A stretch of 45,483 bases of DNA from NCBI GenBank assembly GCA_949288405.1, contig CASEKM010000001.1:1-45483 (forward strand), given 5' to 3'. The notes beneath the pieces are model-generated. The model was not told where the DNA came from, made no database searches, and saw only the letters and a program-made list of their open reading frames with translations. Numbering within the stretch: the first letter of the stretch is position 1; every line of letters begins with the position of its first letter. This DNA comes from an uncultured bacterium. Lineage in GTDB: Bacteria > Bacillota > Clostridia > Oscillospirales > Oscillospiraceae. Below are positions 44,572 through 45,483 of this stretch, piece after piece. The translations under genes and the position numbers were made by a program.

Positions 44572-45483
44572 TCAGATCCAGAACAGCACCAGCAGAAATG
44601 CCGCGTTGCACAGGGTGAACATGATCAGGTACCGCTTCTTCTGCCCGGGGTACTGGCCCGCCACCTGGCGGTAGGATATGAGGCTGGCCATGGAGGCGAT
44701 GAGGGTGCCCAGGCCGCCCAGGTTGACCCCCACGATCAGCTCCCGCAGGTCGCCGCTGTAGCCGGACAGGAGCATGGCGGCGGGCACGTTGCTGATGACC
44801 TGGCTGACCAGCACCCCGATGAGCCGGTCCCGGCCGGCCATAGCCCCGCCGATCCAGTCCTGGAGCCAGTCCAGCTGTTTGATGTTGCCCACAAAGAGGA
44901 AGAAGAACACAAAGGTGAGGAGCAGGGAGTAGTCGATGCGGACAAACAGCCCCCGGTTCCGCCACAGCAGCAGGAGCCCCACCACCGCCAGCAGGGCCGC
45001 ATGGGGGACAAAACCGGCCACCGACAGGACACACAGGAGGAACAGGGCCAGATAAAACCCGATGGCCCTCCAGTTCAGCGGCGCGGTCTCCCCCAGCTTG
45101 ATGGACAGCTGGCTGTGCCGGTAGCCGAACAGGATGAAAACGCCCAGCAGCAGGGCCGCGCCCGCCGCATAGGGTCCGGTGAGCAGCAGGAACCGGGGCA
45201 GGGACAGGCCGGACAGGGAGAATAAGTACAGATTCTGGGGGTTGCCGATGGGGGTGAACATACTGCCCAGGTTGGCGGCTATGGTCATCAGGGTGACGGT
45301 GTAGCACATCCGCCGCCGCTGGGTGGCCATCCGCAGCATCATGATCCCCAGGGGGACGAAGGTGATGAGGGCCACGTCGTTGGTGATGAACATGCTGCTG
45401 AAAAAGCACAGGAAGATCAGCGTGGCCGACATCCCCCGCATGGTCCCCACCCGGGAGAGCACCTTGGCGGCGATGTACTGGAG
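44572..45483 (-). CDS. SLC13/ArsB/NhaD-like anion permease (5' end outside the window)
   Basis: SMFITNDVALITFVP, AANLGSMFTPIGNPQNLYL, DYSLLLTF, SQVISNVPA, GGLGTLIASMASLI. Confidence 0.88.
   Translation of the reverse strand, partial: LQYIAAKVLSRVGTMRGMSATLIFLCFFSSMFITNDVALITFVPLGIMMLRMATQRRRMCYTVTLMTIAANLGSMFTPIGNPQNLYLFSLSGLSLPRFLLLTGPYAAGAALLLGVFILFGYRHSQLSIKLGETAPLNWRAIGFYLALFLLCVLSVAGFVPHAALLAVVGLLLLWRNRGLFVRIDYSLLLTFVFFFLFVGNIKQLDWLQDWIGGAMAGRDRLIGVLVSQVISNVPAAMLLSGYSGDLRELIVGVNLGGLGTLIASMASLISYRQVAGQYPGQKKRYLIMFTLCNAAFLLVLFWI

Overview
A GC-rich Clostridia-type chromosome segment, probably Oscillospiraceae (inferred). The host backbone carries cysE-cysS under a Cys T-box, a Na+:solute symporter/histidine kinase/sigma-54 activator operon upstream of a sigma-54-driven 5-oxoprolinase (pxpA-ycsG-pxpB-pxpC-ycsI) operon, a Crp/Fnr regulator, leuCDB, tepA-like clpP, XRE membrane regulators and a permease. 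The main result is that the spore morphogenesis gene spoIVA is split in two by a 24,240-bp element bounded by an ATATG core (16100-16104 and 40340-40344) with 23-bp inverted arms. Excision would restore an in-frame 492-aa SpoIVA. The element encodes a large serine recombinase whose stop codon lies in the att site, so excision would add a 27-aa C-terminal tail. It also encodes an unannotated 45-aa SHOCT-like candidate directionality factor behind a sigma-E-like promoter with the same -10 box and spacing as the spoIVA promoter. No phage or conjugation genes are seen. The cargo is DNA-centred and possibly defensive: SbcDC, two BRCT proteins, HIRAN, triple alpha-CTD/sigma-r4, HEPN-ParB, UvrD, a degenerate DEDDh protein, a cytoplasmic LRR protein and a small domain present three times. 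All domain calls come from motifs read by eye; no database searches were run.
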